Positions 25,988 through 43,162 of a stretch of DNA of 64,000 nucleotides are shown one piece after another. Both the position numbers and the translations under genes were made by a program. The notes beneath the pieces are model-generated. The model had not been told where the DNA came from. It saw nothing but the letters and a program-made list of their open reading frames with translations, and ran no database searches. Each line of letters begins with the position of its first letter. Within the stretch, counting starts at the first letter, position 1. Origin of the DNA: Thalia democratica (lineage: Eukaryota); NCBI GenBank assembly GCA_965202585.1, contig OZ241832.1, forward strand, positions 46,996,001 to 47,060,000. Direction: 5' to 3'.

Positions 25988-28900
25988 ATGCTCAACAACC
26001 GGTCCTTTTTAGGACCACCATTTGAATAAAACCAGCTATTAGATAACTTAAGTAAAAATTGCCTTTACAGTAATACCAACATATTGATATTTATACAAAT
26101 TGAAAGCCCATATAAAAAGACAAACTATTTTGTCCTACTCAACTCTTACGTTATGGAATAAATCTAACATGAAAAAAGTAGTAGTAGTAGTACTGGCAAT
26201 AAAAATATTTGCAAAAAAGGTTTAACTAACTTGAATATGTTGTCCGTAAGTTATTTTCTTCTTAACGTTTTTTATACAGAAAACTACATCTTATTCATTT
26301 GTTGAACTTCTGTTAAAACATTCAGTAAGTAAGTATATTCGTTTTTAAAAAAACTTTATGTTCAACTTATAACAAAAAAAACTTAGTTTTAGTTATCATT
26401 TTAAGTTTTTGTTGTTTGTAAGTAACACAATGAGCTTTAACTTTTTAAATGTGTTCTTCTTAACATTTTGAATGCGATTGAAACCGTGGAACACGTTTTT
26501 GAAAGTACAAAAATGGAAGTAAAAGTTCAAAACAAAAATAACAAGTGTGATTTTTTAGTACAGTTAATTATTCCTTCTTACAAAGCTAACATAAACTTAG
26601 CTTGTTTAGATATATTGTCAAGTTAAAACGCCACCATATGAAACAAGTCAATTCATTAGCTGAAACATGGTACAAAAGAAAAAAAGTAACAGCTTGTACC
26701 ACTTGTTTCATATATTTTAAGGTAAAAACTAGATATGATACAACTTGATGACCTAAAACAACTATAATGCTTTAGTTTAGTTTATATTTGCCTTAAATCT
26801 AAAGTAATCAGGACAACCAATTGATTTAACCAGCTACTAGAGTCTCTAAACTGTGTCAACCAAGCCTTAATAAAACGACAAAATGTACAAACTTTAATCT
26901 ACATTGTGTTGGTGGGTTAAAAGTTAGTATATTTGGATAATACAGTTTACTTATGAGTGATAATATCCCTGTTTTACCAGTTAGTTACACTTACTATAGT
27001 TTTTTTTTTACTTTTACTTGATGAAACTCTTTTTGAGAAAGAGCTAGTTATGTTTTGAAATCATTGCTTAAACTGTGGAATAATATTTAGTATCTAAGTG
27101 TTAGGTAAAAATTTCCATAGGCATTTTCTTGTTTAAACAAAACTTGTTTTGATTCATTCTACTTTGTGGACTTGTTTTTCAAACATTTAAAAAAATTTAA
27201 TTTTGTTTATTAAAAGAAATAGTGCTATGTCACTTAAAAGTAAAAATAAAAGTTTGAATGAAAATAATACATTCAATTACAATGAGAGGTATGTAATAAT
27301 ATATACTTACTTGACTCAATTACAGCAACTAAACTTGGATTTTATTTTCAAAATGTATTAATCTTGTTAATAAGAATGCAACTGAAACCGTTAAAAAATT
27401 ATTAAAAGTTGTACAATTCATTTATGTAAAAAACAGCGTTTTTTCAAAACAAACATTCAATTTAAGTATAACAACAATTTAACATACTGTTGAAATATTT
27501 GTATTAACCTTAGGATTGTTGTGTTCAACTCAAATTGTTAGTGGCTTTATCAAATAAAAACAACTACACATAAAAACATGATACAAAGAAAAAAACTTGT
27601 TACCATTTTTTGTATCTCGTTTTTAAACTGTACATGAGACAAATAAAAACTACTGTAATCATTCTTTCCATAAGTCTAAAGCTTACGTGCACCACCAATC
27701 AGTTATACAAGCTGCTAATGTCTACTAAACTCACACAATTTCATTCTTAATCCACTTTATGCTTATAAACGATCCAAGAACACCACATCTCACTTTAAAT
27801 CTATATTTTATCGCTTTCCATTGTTAATTAAATAGTTAAGCTTGCTATGATTTCTCCACTTTTACTTTGTTTTTGATGTAACTTCTACGAAGGAAACTAG
27901 TGTGAACACTGCTCTAATCCTTAACTCATTGCTTAAGGTACTTGAATGCTTAGTGAAAATCTTTAACTAACTTGAACGTGTTTTTCGTGTTCTTTTTCTT
28001 GTTATCTCATTTAATCAAGGAACTCATTCTTACTCATGCTTACTTTGTGGACTTTTATTCGTTTATCATTCAATAAATATTTGTTTTTTAGTTTATTAAA
28101 ATAAAGTTATGCTACGTCACTGTAAAAACTAGTTATATTTTTTAATGAAAATAATAAAAATAAAACTTCACTGAATTATTAATAGAAAATGTTTTCAACT
28201 TTTAACAACAAAAAAAAATGTTAACGTTCCATAAAAAGTATTGTTCAATTACAATCAAAAACATGCATAGCTATTCAAAATTCATACATGACAATACATA
28301 AATGTAAACAACATCGATTGTTCAAAAGAAACATAATACTATCAACAAGCACACAATTGACCAAAACAAAAACAGCTTAGATAAATGATGAAAGTGTATA
28401 CCTAAAACTATAATTTTCCAAAGACGACATCTATTTATTAGGTTGCTTTACTAGTCAAACATATGAAACAAACCAATTCATTAGCTGAAACATGGTACAC
28501 AGGAAAAGAAGTAACAGCTTCTTACCATTCATTTGTGTTACTTGTTACAACTGTATGTGAGACAACTTGATGATTTAAAACGACTTAAACAGTTTGTCAT
28601 TAGTTATTTTTGTTATAAATGTAAAGTCATCAGGACCACCACTTAATTTAACCACTTACTAATGCCCACAAAGCAGTGTAAAACAAGCTCTAACTAAAAG
28701 ACAAAAATGTACCAAACTTAATGTTCCTTTTGCTGGTGAAAGCCCAAAAGCAAGGTAAAAGGTCAGTTAGAATATTTGTATAACACACTTTACTTAAAGT
28801 TTTACTTTTATGTTTTATTTTTTAGTCACTTTGTTGTACTTACAATTGTTTTGGTTCTCTTACATGACATCTTAAACTACTTGTGAGGATGGAGCTAGTT

Positions 28901-30853
28901 GCAATTAAAAAGCATCGCTTAAGTCTCTTACGCTACATGTAATTAAACTTTTGCAGAAAGCTTTAACTAACTTGATTTTTGTGTCCATAGGATTTTCTCG
29001 TTAAGTTCTTTTTTTAAACAATACTTATTCCCACTATGCTTACTTTGTTTACTTCTTTTTGCAATATCTAACAAATACTTAGTTTATCTAAAAAAAAAAA
29101 TTCTACGTCATCGTAAAAAATATGTTATATTTTTAAATGAAAATAATACATTAAATTGTAACAAAATAAGCTTAACTTTTTTTATTATAAAAAAATATAT
29201 CATCAATAGCTTCTAGAATTTTTTATTAGTATTTATTGCATGTATTTCAAACTATATAAAACAGTTTAGAGTTGTAAAATATACATGTGTAAACAACAGT
29301 AGATGTTCAAGTCAAAATGAAAATTATTAAAAAACTTGCGATTACAGTACAACAATCATGAAGTAACACGACCAAAATCTTTTTACAAAACTTAAAACTC
29401 TTTTATTGAACTCAAATTGTTCACAGCTTTATTTTATCTTGTTTCAGAAAGTTATAACCAAACTTCAACTAAAACACAATTGAAAACATGCATTGCAATT
29501 TAAAACTCATAAAAAACATAAGCAAAAAATAGCATCAACAAGTATACAACTTATTACAACATGAACAAAAAAGAACAATTCGAATCCTTAACTTTAAAAA
29601 GCTTGCATTGTTTAGTTGATTTGACATTGCTTATAGCTTTATCTAGTTAAAGCATCAACATTTAAATCAAACTAAATCAATTGGTACAAAAGAAGTAACA
29701 GGATGTTACCATTTAATTCTATCACTTTTTTACGGTACATATCACTAATTATCTAAACCACATATAACACAATTTGATAGCTTAAAACGGCATTAACAGT
29801 TTTTTTAACTATGCTTTTTTACAAACCTATGGCAATCTACCTATTTGTTTAACTAGCTTTTAATTTCTACTAAGCAGTTTTAAACTACCATTAACTAAAC
29901 AAAATATGTGTACAATTTCAACAACTTTGTGCTGGTAAAAGATCAAAAGTAAGAGTTAGAGCTAGTTGAATGAAACATTTTACTTCTACATAACGTTTTT
30001 TAAGCTCCTTATATTGGCTTTTGCAATTTTATCTAACCATTTTCAACTACTTTGAGAAAGGAGCTAGTTATGTTTTAAAAGTATTATTTAAATCGTTGAA
30101 CAAGTTTTATAAATCAGTTATAATTGAATGTTTCATAAAAAGCTTCAACTAACTTCAGTGTGTTGTCCGTAGGCTTTTTCTTAAAAACTTCTTTATTTAC
30201 ACTAAACTTATTCTCATATACGCTTACTTTATATACTTGTTTTTTTTTTCATTAAATAACTGCTTAGTTTGTTTTTAAAAATTTGTTCTACGTCACTATA
30301 AGTAAAAATTATATTTTGAAATGAAAATAAAACAGTTAGTTTTTATTTTATACTTTAAATAAACATGGTATTATTATTAAAAATTCTTGATCATTTAATT
30401 TAATTAAAAAAGTTTTATTAATCATATTTGTTGAAATTAAACTAAAACTTAACATAAAAAACAGTTTCAAAGTTATACAACAAATAAATGTAAACAACTG
30501 TGATTGTTCAAAACAAAAAAAATCAAAAGCATACAGTTTCAGTACAACTATCATTAAATCTTTCATTTTACAAACCCTAGACTTTTTTTTGAACTTAGTA
30601 GCTTATGGATTTTTCAAATAAAAACATCGATGCATAAAAATACTAACAGCTGAAACGTTATGCAAAGGAAAAGAAGTATACAGCTTTGTAACTCAATTGA
30701 ACACTATGTATGACACAACTTGATGACTCAAAACTGCTGTAACTGTTTGTTTTAAGTTATGTTTTTTAAAAGTAAGATAAGTTTAAGATAAACGAAAAAT
30801 GTATATGATCGGTATGAATCATTGGTCCAACATACAACAGCTCAAAAAGAAAA

Positions 30854-30963
30854 GCCTACGGCACGCGGTATTCCCAAGCGGTCACCCATCTAAGTACTAA
30901 GACACTGCTTAACTTCCCAGATCGGACGAGATGGGGTGCGTTCAGTGTGGTATGGTCGTAGGC
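30854..30963 (-). rRNA. 5S: 5S rRNA gene with 8-nt deletion, unit 4
   Basis: Identical to unit 1 copy. Confidence 0.93.
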
Positions 30964-32051
30964 GTCTAGCAGCGAAAAAAAGCGATTATAAACAAATAAG
31001 CTGTCTGAAACTTGTAGATTGTTTGCTTAAGTGTTTCATATGTTTAGAGCCCACTTTGTTCTAACTAATAAAGATAAACTAAGCCTTTCTAGTCTTTACT
31101 TTTCACATTTTTTTCTTAGCTTCAAGCTTCATAAAACTATTCAGCTATTGATTTTTAGTTGTTAGAGTACACAATATCATTACAGTGCAACGACATAGCA
31201 ACATTATAAGACAGAAATTAACTAGTACAACAGTTTAGAAAAGTTATTTCAAATACTTTTAACTGTGAAACTACATTTTTTTTACATAAACTTATTGGCA
31301 CTTTTTAAAATAAACCTACTTGCTTTTAACTTTTGAACGAGTTTTTATATGTACAGCGCGTTTTTGAGAAGGTAAGTGACTAGTATGTGCAAGAACAAAC
31401 TAAAAACTTAAGTAGTTAAATTGAATTAGATGGTTTAATTTAATTTTTAGTACTACCCTTTTTATTATGAGTAAATTTAAGGTATAACTAGTAAAATCAC
31501 ACAAAACGAATACTTGTGCATTTTTCGGATTTTTTTACAAATCAGCACAGTTTAAAATGTAATCAAGTTAAACATACTTCATGGGTTTTACGGTTAACAA
31601 AGCTGGCTGGAAATAAAATAATAAAACTTTGCTTAAGCTTGAGATGAAAAAAACACTTAGCCTTGTCTAAAACTTTACTACTTTAAGCTTGCAGCTTAAG
31701 AAAACTAAGCCGGGTGTGTAGTAGTATAATTTGTTTCATTTGAGGTTTATCTCACTAAATGGAGAGATGTGCTGTAGCATTTAGACTGTTTTTCTGGACC
31801 TTTAAAGCTAACCTTTAAAAAAAAATTCACTTCTGGATCGGCCTAAGTCTTGTTTCTTTATCACTGGAACATTTTTAACATTAGTAGTAAAGCAACTTTG
31901 CTTTTATTAGTATACAGGCTTTAAACTCACACGCTAATGCTCGTAACAATCAGTAAAAGGTACCTGAGAAAGCAAAACTGCTTAACAGTCAATTCGTCAC
32001 AGTCAGTAACTGCTGAAAGTATTGTTTTGCTTTCTTTAATCAACATACAAA

Positions 32052-32636
32052 ATGTCTACAACAGCAGTAGCAGCACCATCAGCAGCGGCACCGGCCGCAG
32101 TTAAGGCCAGGTCTTCCAAAAGACCAAGCGCCAAGAAGGCAGAACACCCGAGTTACAGGGAAATGATCAGCTCTGCCCTGGGAGCAATGAAAGAACGAAA
32201 AGGTACATCCCGCCAGAAGATACAAAAGTTTATCGCGGAAACCTACAAGCTTGAGCTCTCAGCTTCTAATTCTCACTTGAAGAGAGCACTTACCAGCGGC
32301 GTGACCAAGGGTGCTTTTCTCCAGACTACTGGAAAAGGCGCTTCTGGCTCGTTCAAGCTTGCTCCAATGCCAGCTGCTGGTCCCAAGAAGAGGACAAAAA
32401 AAGTAGCTAAAAAGCCAGCAGTAAAGAAGACCGCAGCTAAAAAACGAGTGAAGAAGTGTGCTCCCAAGAAGGCAGCAAAAAAACCAGCAGCCAAAAAGCG
32501 ACCTGCTAAAAAGTGTGCTCCTAAGAAGGCAGCGTCTAAAAAAGCTGCAAGCAAGAAGAAGAAAGTAACAAAGAAGAAGCCGGCAGCCAAAAAAGCATCT
32601 AAGAAGGCAAGTACCAAGAAGAGCTGCAAGAAATAA
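32052..32636 (+). CDS. H1: Histone H1 (unit 4)
   Basis: Same protein as unit 1. Confidence 0.97.
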   Translation: MSTTAVAAPSAAAPAAVKARSSKRPSAKKAEHPSYREMISSALGAMKERKGTSRQKIQKFIAETYKLELSASNSHLKRALTSGVTKGAFLQTTGKGASGSFKLAPMPAAGPKKRTKKVAKKPAVKKTAAKKRVKKCAPKKAAKKPAAKKRPAKKCAPKKAASKKAASKKKKVTKKKPAAKKASKKASTKKSCKK

Positions 32637-32697
32637 GTTGTTCTTTTACCCAAGGTCCTTTTCAGGACCACTCTATTAAAGTATAAATAAAATTTAA

Positions 32698-33234
<537 letters not shown>

Positions 33235-33356
33235 CAATTGGCTAAAACCGGTCCTTTTCAGGACCACCTTTAAACTTTGAAAATGAGACAACAACCAAAC
33301 GAAAGAATGTAAATAAAAGATGTTTCTTTTTGGTATGCAAATGAGTTTTGTCGTAA

Positions 33357-33882
<526 letters not shown>

Positions 33883-34024
33883 GTTTAAACAAACCAGGTC
33901 CTTTTCAGGGCCACCTAAAACATTTACTACAAACGAGAGAAGCGATCGTTCGCGTACGGAACTGCTAATTTGCATAAATTTTCAGTATATATACCAGCGC
34001 TGAGACTCAAGTTCACACATCATT

Positions 34025-34384
34025 ATGACAGCTACCAAAGGCGCGAAGAAATCAGTAGCCAAGACCACCCCGGTCGACGGCAAGAGGAAGCGAAGGAGGA
34101 GGCACAAACAAAGTTTTGGCATTTACGTGTACAAAGTTTTGAAGCAAGTGCACCCCGACACCGGAATCTCCAGCAAGGCGATGGGAATCATGAACTCATT
34201 TGTCAACGACATCTTCGAGCGCATTGCAGCAGAGGCTTCACGTTTGGCTCATTACAACAAGAGGTCAACTGTGAGCAGCCGCGAAATTCAAACTGCTGTC
34301 AGGCTCTTGCTCCCCGGCGAGTTGTCAAAGCACGCAGTTTCAGAAGGAACTAAAGCTGTTACCAAATACACCAGCTCAAAATAA
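34025..34384 (+). CDS. H2B: Histone H2B (unit 4)
   Basis: Same protein as unit 1. Confidence 0.98.
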   Translation: MTATKGAKKSVAKTTPVDGKRKRRRRHKQSFGIYVYKVLKQVHPDTGISSKAMGIMNSFVNDIFERIAAEASRLAHYNKRSTVSSREIQTAVRLLLPGELSKHAVSEGTKAVTKYTSSK

Positions 34385-37300
34385 ATGCTCAACAAACGGT
34401 CCTTTTTAGGACCACCATTTGAATAAAACCAGCTATTAGATAACTTAAGTAAAAATTGCCTTTACAGTAATACCAACATATTGATATTTATACAAATTAA
34501 AAGCCCATATAAAAAGACAAACTATTTTGTCCTACTCAACTCTTACGTTATGGAATAAATCTAACATGAAAAAAGTAGTAGTAGTAGTACTGGCAATAAA
34601 AATATTTGCAAAAAAGGTTTAACTAACTTGAATATGTTGTCCGTAAGTTATTTTCTTCTTAACGTTTTTTATACAGAAAACTACATCTTATTCATTTGTT
34701 GAACTTCTGTTAAAACATTCAGTAAGTAAGTATATTCGTTTTTAAAAAAACTTTATGTTCAACTTATAACAAAAAAAACTTAGTTTTAGTTATCATTTTA
34801 AGTTTTTGTTGTTTGTAAGTAACACAATGAGCTTTAACTTTTTAAATGTGTTCTTCTTAACATTTTGAATGCGATTGAAACCGTGGAACACGTTTTTGAA
34901 AGTACAAAAATGGAAGTAAAAGTTCAAAACAAAAATAACAAGTGTGATTTTTTAGTACAGTTAATTATTCCTTCTTACAAAGCTAACATAAACTTAGCTT
35001 GTTTAGATATATTGTCAAGTTAAAACGCCACCATATGAAACAAGTCAATTCATTAGCTGAAACATGGTACAAAAGATAAAAAGTAACAGCTTGTACCACT
35101 TGTTTCATATATTTTAAGGTAAAAACTAGATATGATACAACTTGATGACCTAAAACAACTATAATGCTTTAGTTTAGTTTATATTTGCCTTAAATCTAAA
35201 GTAATCAGGACAACCAATTGATTTAACCAGCTACTAGAGTCTCTAAACTGTGTCAACCAAGCCTTAATAAAACGACAAAATGTACAAACTTTAATCTACA
35301 TTGTGTTGGTGGGTTAAAAGTTAGTATATTTGGATAATACAGTTTACTTATGAGTGATAATATCCCTGTTTTACCAGTTAGTTACACTTACTATAGTTTT
35401 TTTTTTACTTTTACTTGATGAAACTCTTTTTGAGAAAGAGCTAGTTATGTTTTGAAATCATTGCTTAAACTGTGGAATAATATTTAGTATCTAAGTGTTA
35501 GGTAAAAATTTCCATAGGCATTTTCTTGTTTAAACAAAACTTGTTTTGATTCATTCTACTTTGTGGACTTGTTTTTCAAACATTTAAAAAAATTTAATTT
35601 TGTTTATTAAAAGAAATAGTGCTATGTCACTTAAAAGTAAAAATAAAAGTTTGAATGAAAATAATACATTCAATTACAATGAGAGGTATGTAATAATATA
35701 TACTTACTTGACTCAATTACAGCAACTAAACTTGGATTTTATTTTCAAAATGTATTAATCTTGTTAATAAGAATGCAACTGAAACCGTTAAAAAATTATT
35801 AAAAGTTGTACAATTCATTTATGTAAAAAACAGCGTTTTTTCAAAACAAACATTCAATTTAAGTATAACAACAATTTAACATACTGTTGAAATATTTGTA
35901 TTAACCTTAGGATTGTTGTGTTCAACTCAAATTGTTAGTGGCTTTATCAAATAAAAACAACTACACATAAAAACATGATACAAAGAAAAAAACTTGTTAC
36001 CATTTTTTGTATCTCGTTTTTAAACTGTACATGAGACAAATAAAAACTACTGTAATCATTCTTTCCATAAGTCTAAAGCTTACGTGCACCACCAATCAGT
36101 TATACAAGCTGCTAATGTCTACTAAACTCACACAATTTCATTCTTAATCCACTTTATGCTTATAAACGATCCAAGAACACCACATCTCACTTTAAATCTA
36201 TATTTTATCGCTTTCCATTGTTAATTAAATAGTTAAGCTTGCTATGATTTCTCCACTTTTACTTTGTTTTTGATGTAACTTCTACGAAGGAAACTAGTGT
36301 GAACACTGCTCTAATCCTTAACTCATTGCTTAAGGTACTTGAATGCTTAGTGAAAATCTTTAACTAACTTGAACGTGTTTTTCGTGTTCTTTTTCTTGTT
36401 ATCTCATTTAATCAAGGAACTCATTCTTACTCATGCTTACTTTGTGGACTTTTATTCGTTTATCATTCAATAAATATTTGTTTTTTAGTTTATTAAAATA
36501 AAGTTATGCTACGTCACTGTAAAAACTAGTTATATTTTTTAATGAAAATAATAAAAATAAAACTTCACTGAATTATTAATAGAAAATGTTTTCAACTTTT
36601 AACAACAAAAAAAAATGTTAACGTTCCATAAAAAGTATTGTTCAATTACAATCAAAAACATGCATAGCTATTCAAAATTCATACATGACAATACATAAAT
36701 GTAAACAACATCGATTGTTCAAAAGAAACATAATACTATCAACAAGCACACAATTGACCAAAACAAAAACAGCTTAGATAAATGATGAAAGTGTATACCT
36801 AAAACTATAATTTTCCAAAGACGACATCTATTTATTAGGTTGCTTTACTAGTCAAACATATGAAACAAACCAATTCATTAGCTGAAACATGGTACACAGG
36901 AAAAGAAGTAACAGCTTCTTACCATTCATTTGTGTTACTTGTTACAACTGTATGTGAGACAACTTGATGATTTAAAACGACTTAAACAGTTTGTCATTAG
37001 TTATTTTTGTTATAAATGTAAAGTCATCAGGACCACCACTTAATTTAACCACTTACTAATGCCCACAAAGCAGTGTAAAACAAGCTCTAACTAAAAGACA
37101 AAAATGTACCAAACTTAATGTTCCTTTTGCTGGTGAAAGCCCAAAAGCAAGGTAAAAGGTCAGTTAGAATATTTGTATAACACACTTTACTTAAAGTTTT
37201 ACTTTTATGTTTTATTTTTTAGTCACTTTGTTGTACTTACAATTGTTTTGGTTCTCTTACATGACATCTTAAACTACTTGTGAGGATGGAGCTAGTTGCA

Positions 37301-39250
37301 ATTAAAAAGCATCGCTTAAGTCTCTTACGCTACATGTAATTAAACTTTTGCAGAAAGCTTTAACTAACTTGATTTTTGTGTCCATAGGATTTTCTCGTTA
37401 AGTTCTTTTTTTAAACAATACTTATTCCCACTATGCTTACTTTGTTTACTTCTTTTTGCAATATCTAACAAATACTTAGTTTATCTAAAAAAAAAAATTC
37501 TACGTCATCGTAAAAAATATGTTATATTTTTAAATGAAAATAATACATTAAATTGTAACAAAATAAGCTTAACTTTTTTTATTATAAAAAAATATATCAT
37601 CAATAGCTTCTAGAATTTTTTATTAGTATTTATTGCATGTATTTCAAACTATATAAAACAGTTTAGAGTTGTAAAATATACATGTGTAAACAACAGTAGA
37701 TGTTCAAGTCAAAATGAAAATTATTAAAAAACTTGCGATTACAGTACAACAATCATGAAGTAACACGACCAAAATCTTTTTACAAAACTTAAAACTCTTT
37801 TATTGAACTCAAATTGTTCACAGCTTTATTTTATCTTGTTTCAGAAAGTTATAACCAAACTTCAACTAAAACACAATTGAAAACATGCATTGCAATTTAA
37901 AACTCATAAAAAACATAAGCAAAAAATAGCATCAACAAGTATACAACTTATTACAACATGAACAAAAAAGAACAATTCGAATCCTTAACTTTAAAAAGCT
38001 TGCATTGTTTAGTTGATTTGACATTGCTTATAGCTTTATCTAGTTAAAGCATCAACATTTAAATCAAACTAAATCAATTGGTACAAAAGAAGTAACAGGA
38101 TGTTACCATTTAATTCTATCACTTTTTTACGGTACATATCACTAATTATCTAAACCACATATAACACAATTTGATAGCTTAAAACGGCATTAACAGTTTT
38201 TTAACTATGCTTTTTTACAAACCTATGGCAATCTACCTATTTGTTTAACTAGCTTTTAATTTCTACTAAGCAGTTTTAAACTACCATTAACTAAACAAAA
38301 TATGTGTACAATTTCAACAACTTTGTGCTGGTAAAAGATCAAAAGTAAGAGTTAGAGCTAGTTGAATGAAACATTTTACTTCTACATAACGTTTTTTAAG
38401 CTCCTTATATTGGCTTTTGCAATTTTATCTAACCATTTTCAACTACTTTGAGAAAGGAGCTAGTTATGTTTTAAAAGTATTATTTAAATCGTTGAACAAG
38501 TTTTATAAATCAGTTATAATTGAATGTTTCATAAAAAGCTTCAACTAACTTCAGTGTGTTGTCCGTAGGCTTTTTCTTAAAAACTTCTTTATTTACACTA
38601 AACTTATTCTCATATACGCTTACTTTATATACTTGTTTTTTTTTTCATTAAATAACTGCTTAGTTTGTTTTTAAAAATTTGTTCTACGTCACTATAAGTA
38701 AAAATTATATTTTGAAATGAAAATAAAACAGTTAGTTTTTATTTTATACTTTAAATAAACATGGTATTATTATTAAAAATTCTTGATCATTTAATTTAAT
38801 TAAAAAAGTTTTATTAATCATATTTGTTGAAATTAAACTAAAACTTAACATAAAAAACAGTTTCAAAGTTATACAACAAATAAATGTAAACAACTGTGAT
38901 TGTTCAAAACAAAAAAAAATCAAAAGCATACAGTTTCAGTACAACTATCATTAAATCTTTCATTTTACAAACCCTAGACTTTTTTTTGAACTTAGTAGCT
39001 TATGGATTTTTCAAATAAAAACATCGATGCATAAAAATACTAACAGCTGAAACGTTATGCAAAGGAAAAGAAGTATACAGCTTTGTAACTCAATTGAACA
39101 CTATGTATGACACAACTTGATGACTCAAAACTGCTGTAACTGTTTGTTTTAAGTTATGTTTTTTAAAAGTAAGATAAGTTTAAGATAAACGAAAAATGTA
39201 TATGATCGGTATGAATCATTGGTCCAACATACAACAGCTCAAAAAGAAAA

Positions 39251-39360
39251 GCCTACGGCACGCGGTATTCCCAAGCGGTCACCCATCTAAGTACTAAGAC
39301 ACTGCTTAACTTCCCAGATCGGACGAGATGGGGTGCGTTCAGTGTGGTATGGTCGTAGGC
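39251..39360 (-). rRNA. 5S: 5S rRNA gene with 8-nt deletion, unit 5
   Basis: Identical to unit 1 copy. Confidence 0.93.
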
Positions 39361-40448
39361 GTCTAGCAGCGAAAAAAAGCGATTATAAACAAATAAGCTG
39401 TCTGAAACTTGTAGATTGTTTGCTTAAGTGTTTCATATGTTTAGAGCCCACTTTGTTCTAACTAATAAAGATAAACTAAGCCTTTCTAGTCTTTACTTTT
39501 CACATTTTTTTCTTAGCTTCAAGCTTCATAAAACTATTCAGCTATTGATTTTTAGTTGTTAGAGTACACAATATCATTACAGTGCAACGACATAGCAACA
39601 TTATAAGACAGAAATTAACTAGTACAACAGTTTAGAAAAGTTATTTCAAATACTTTTAACTGTGAAACTACATTTTTTTTACATAAACTTGTTGGCACTT
39701 TTTAAAATAAACCTACTTGCTTTTAACTTTTGAACGAGTTTTTATATGTACAGCGCGTTTTTGAGAAGGTAAGTGACTAGTATGTGCAAGAACAAACTAA
39801 AAACTTAAGTAGTTAAATTGAATTAGATGGTTTAATTTAATTTTTAGTACTACCCTTTTTATTATGAGTAAATTTAAGGTATAACTAGTAAAATCACACA
39901 AAACGAATACTTGTGCATTTTTCGGATTTTTTTACAAATCAGCACAGTTTAAAATGTAATCAAGTTAAACATACTTCATGGGTTTTACGGTTAACAAAGC
40001 TGGCTGGAAATAAAATAATAAAACTTTGCTTAAGCTTGAGATGAAAAAAACACTTAGCCTTGTCTAAAACTTTACTACTTTAAGCTTGCAGCTTAAGAAA
40101 ACTAAGCCGGGTGTGTAGTAGTATAATTTGTTTCATTTGAGGTTTATCTCACTAAATGGAGAGATGTGCTGTAGCATTTAGACTGTTTTTCTGGACCTTT
40201 AAAGCTAACCTTTAAAAAAAAATTCACTTCTGGATCGGCCTAAGTCTTTTTTCTTTATCACTGGAACATTTTTAACATTAGTAGTAAAGCAACTTTGCTT
40301 TTATTAGTATACAGGCTTTAAACTCACACGCTAATGCTCGTAACAATCAGTAAAAGGTACCTGAGAAAGCAAAACTGCTTAACAGTCAATTCGTCACAGT
40401 CAGTAACTGCTGAAAGTATTGTTTTGCTTTCTTTAATCAACATACAAA

Positions 40449-41033
40449 ATGTCTACAACAGCAGTAGCAGCACCATCAGCAGCGGCACCGGCCGCAGTTA
40501 AGGCCAGGTCTTCCAAAAGACCAAGCGCCAAGAAGGCAGAACACCCGAGTTACAGGGAAATGATCAGCTCTGCCCTGGGAGCAATGAAAGAACGAAAAGG
40601 TACATCCCGCCAGAAGATACAAAAGTTTATCGCGGAAACCTACAAGCTTGAGCTCTCAGCTTCTAATTCTCACTTGAAGAGAGCACTTACCAGCGGCGTG
40701 ACCAAGGGTGCTTTTCTCCAGACTACTGGAAAAGGCGCTTCTGGCTCGTTCAAGCTTGCTCCAATGCCAGCTGCTGGTCCCAAGAAGAGGACAAAAAAAG
40801 TAGCTAAAAAGCCAGCAGTAAAGAAGACCGCAGCTAAAAAACGAGTGAAGAAGTGTGCTCCCAAGAAGGCAGCAAAAAAACCAGCAGCCAAAAAGCGACC
40901 TGCTAAAAAGTGTGCTCCTAAGAAGGCAGCGTCTAAAAAAGCTGCAAGCAAGAAGAAGAAAGTAACAAAGAAGAAGCCGGCAGCCAAAAAAGCATCTAAG
41001 AAGGCAAGTACCAAGAAGAGCTGCAAGAAATAA
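40449..41033 (+). CDS. H1: Histone H1 (unit 5)
   Basis: Same protein as unit 1. Confidence 0.97.
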   Translation: MSTTAVAAPSAAAPAAVKARSSKRPSAKKAEHPSYREMISSALGAMKERKGTSRQKIQKFIAETYKLELSASNSHLKRALTSGVTKGAFLQTTGKGASGSFKLAPMPAAGPKKRTKKVAKKPAVKKTAAKKRVKKCAPKKAAKKPAAKKRPAKKCAPKKAASKKAASKKKKVTKKKPAAKKASKKASTKKSCKK

Positions 41034-41094
41034 GTTGTTCTTTTACCCAAGGTCCTTTTCAGGACCACTCTATTAAAGTATAAATAAAATTTAA

Positions 41095-41631
<537 letters not shown>

Positions 41632-41816
41632 CAATTGGCTTAAACCGGTCCTTTTCAGGACCACCTTTAAACTTTGAAAATGAGACAACAACCAAACGAA
41701 AGAATGTAAATAAAAGATGTTTCTTTTTGGTATGCAAATGAGTTTTGTCGTAACCGTACGCGTCCGTAACAGCTTATATACATAGTCGAGGGACTGACAA
41801 AATCAGTATATTCAAC

Positions 41817-42121
<305 letters not shown>

Positions 42122-42302
42122 ACAATTAGCGAACCCGGTCCTTTTTAGGACCACCTATATCAATAAAATGTATTTTGGCAAACATTGACAAATTAAAGTA
42201 GCAGCTACGATTTATGCAAATTAGCTTTTCGTTCGTCGCGGTTAGGTTTGAGTTGTATATGCAGCTGTGCAAGTAACATTGCACAATCATTCGAACAACA
42301 AA

Positions 42303-42683
42303 ATGTCGGGACGTGGTAAAGGATCGAAACTCAAATCTAAGCCGAAGAGCAGGTCTTCTCGTGCAGGACTGCAGTTTCCAGTCGGTCGCGTGCACCGTCT
42401 GTTGCGCACTGGCAACTACAGCCAAAGAGTCGGAGCCGGTGCTCCAGTTTATCTGGCTGCCGTTCTCGAGTACTTGAGCGCAGAAGTGCTCGAGCTTGCC
42501 GGTAACGCTGCTCGTGACAACAAGAAAAGCAGGATCATTCCTCGCCATTTGCAACTAGCTATCCGCAACGACGAAGAGTTGAACAAACTTCTCGGAGGCG
42601 TCACTATTGCTCAAGGTGGTGTTCTTCCAAACATCCAGGCAGTATTATTGCCTAAGAAGACCGCTTCAAAAAAGTCCGCCTAA
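42303..42683 (+). CDS. H2A: Histone H2A (unit 5)
   Basis: Same protein as unit 1. Confidence 0.97.
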   Translation: MSGRGKGSKLKSKPKSRSSRAGLQFPVGRVHRLLRTGNYSQRVGAGAPVYLAAVLEYLSAEVLELAGNAARDNKKSRIIPRHLQLAIRNDEELNKLLGGVTIAQGGVLPNIQAVLLPKKTASKKSA

Positions 42684-42825
42684 GTTTAAACAAACCAGGT
42701 CCTTTTCAGGGCCACCTAAAACATTTACTACAAACGAGAGAAGCGATCGTTCGCGTACGGAACTGCTAATTTGCATAAATTTTCAGTATATATACCAGCG
42801 CTGAGACTCAAGTTCACACATCATT

Positions 42826-43162
<337 letters not shown>
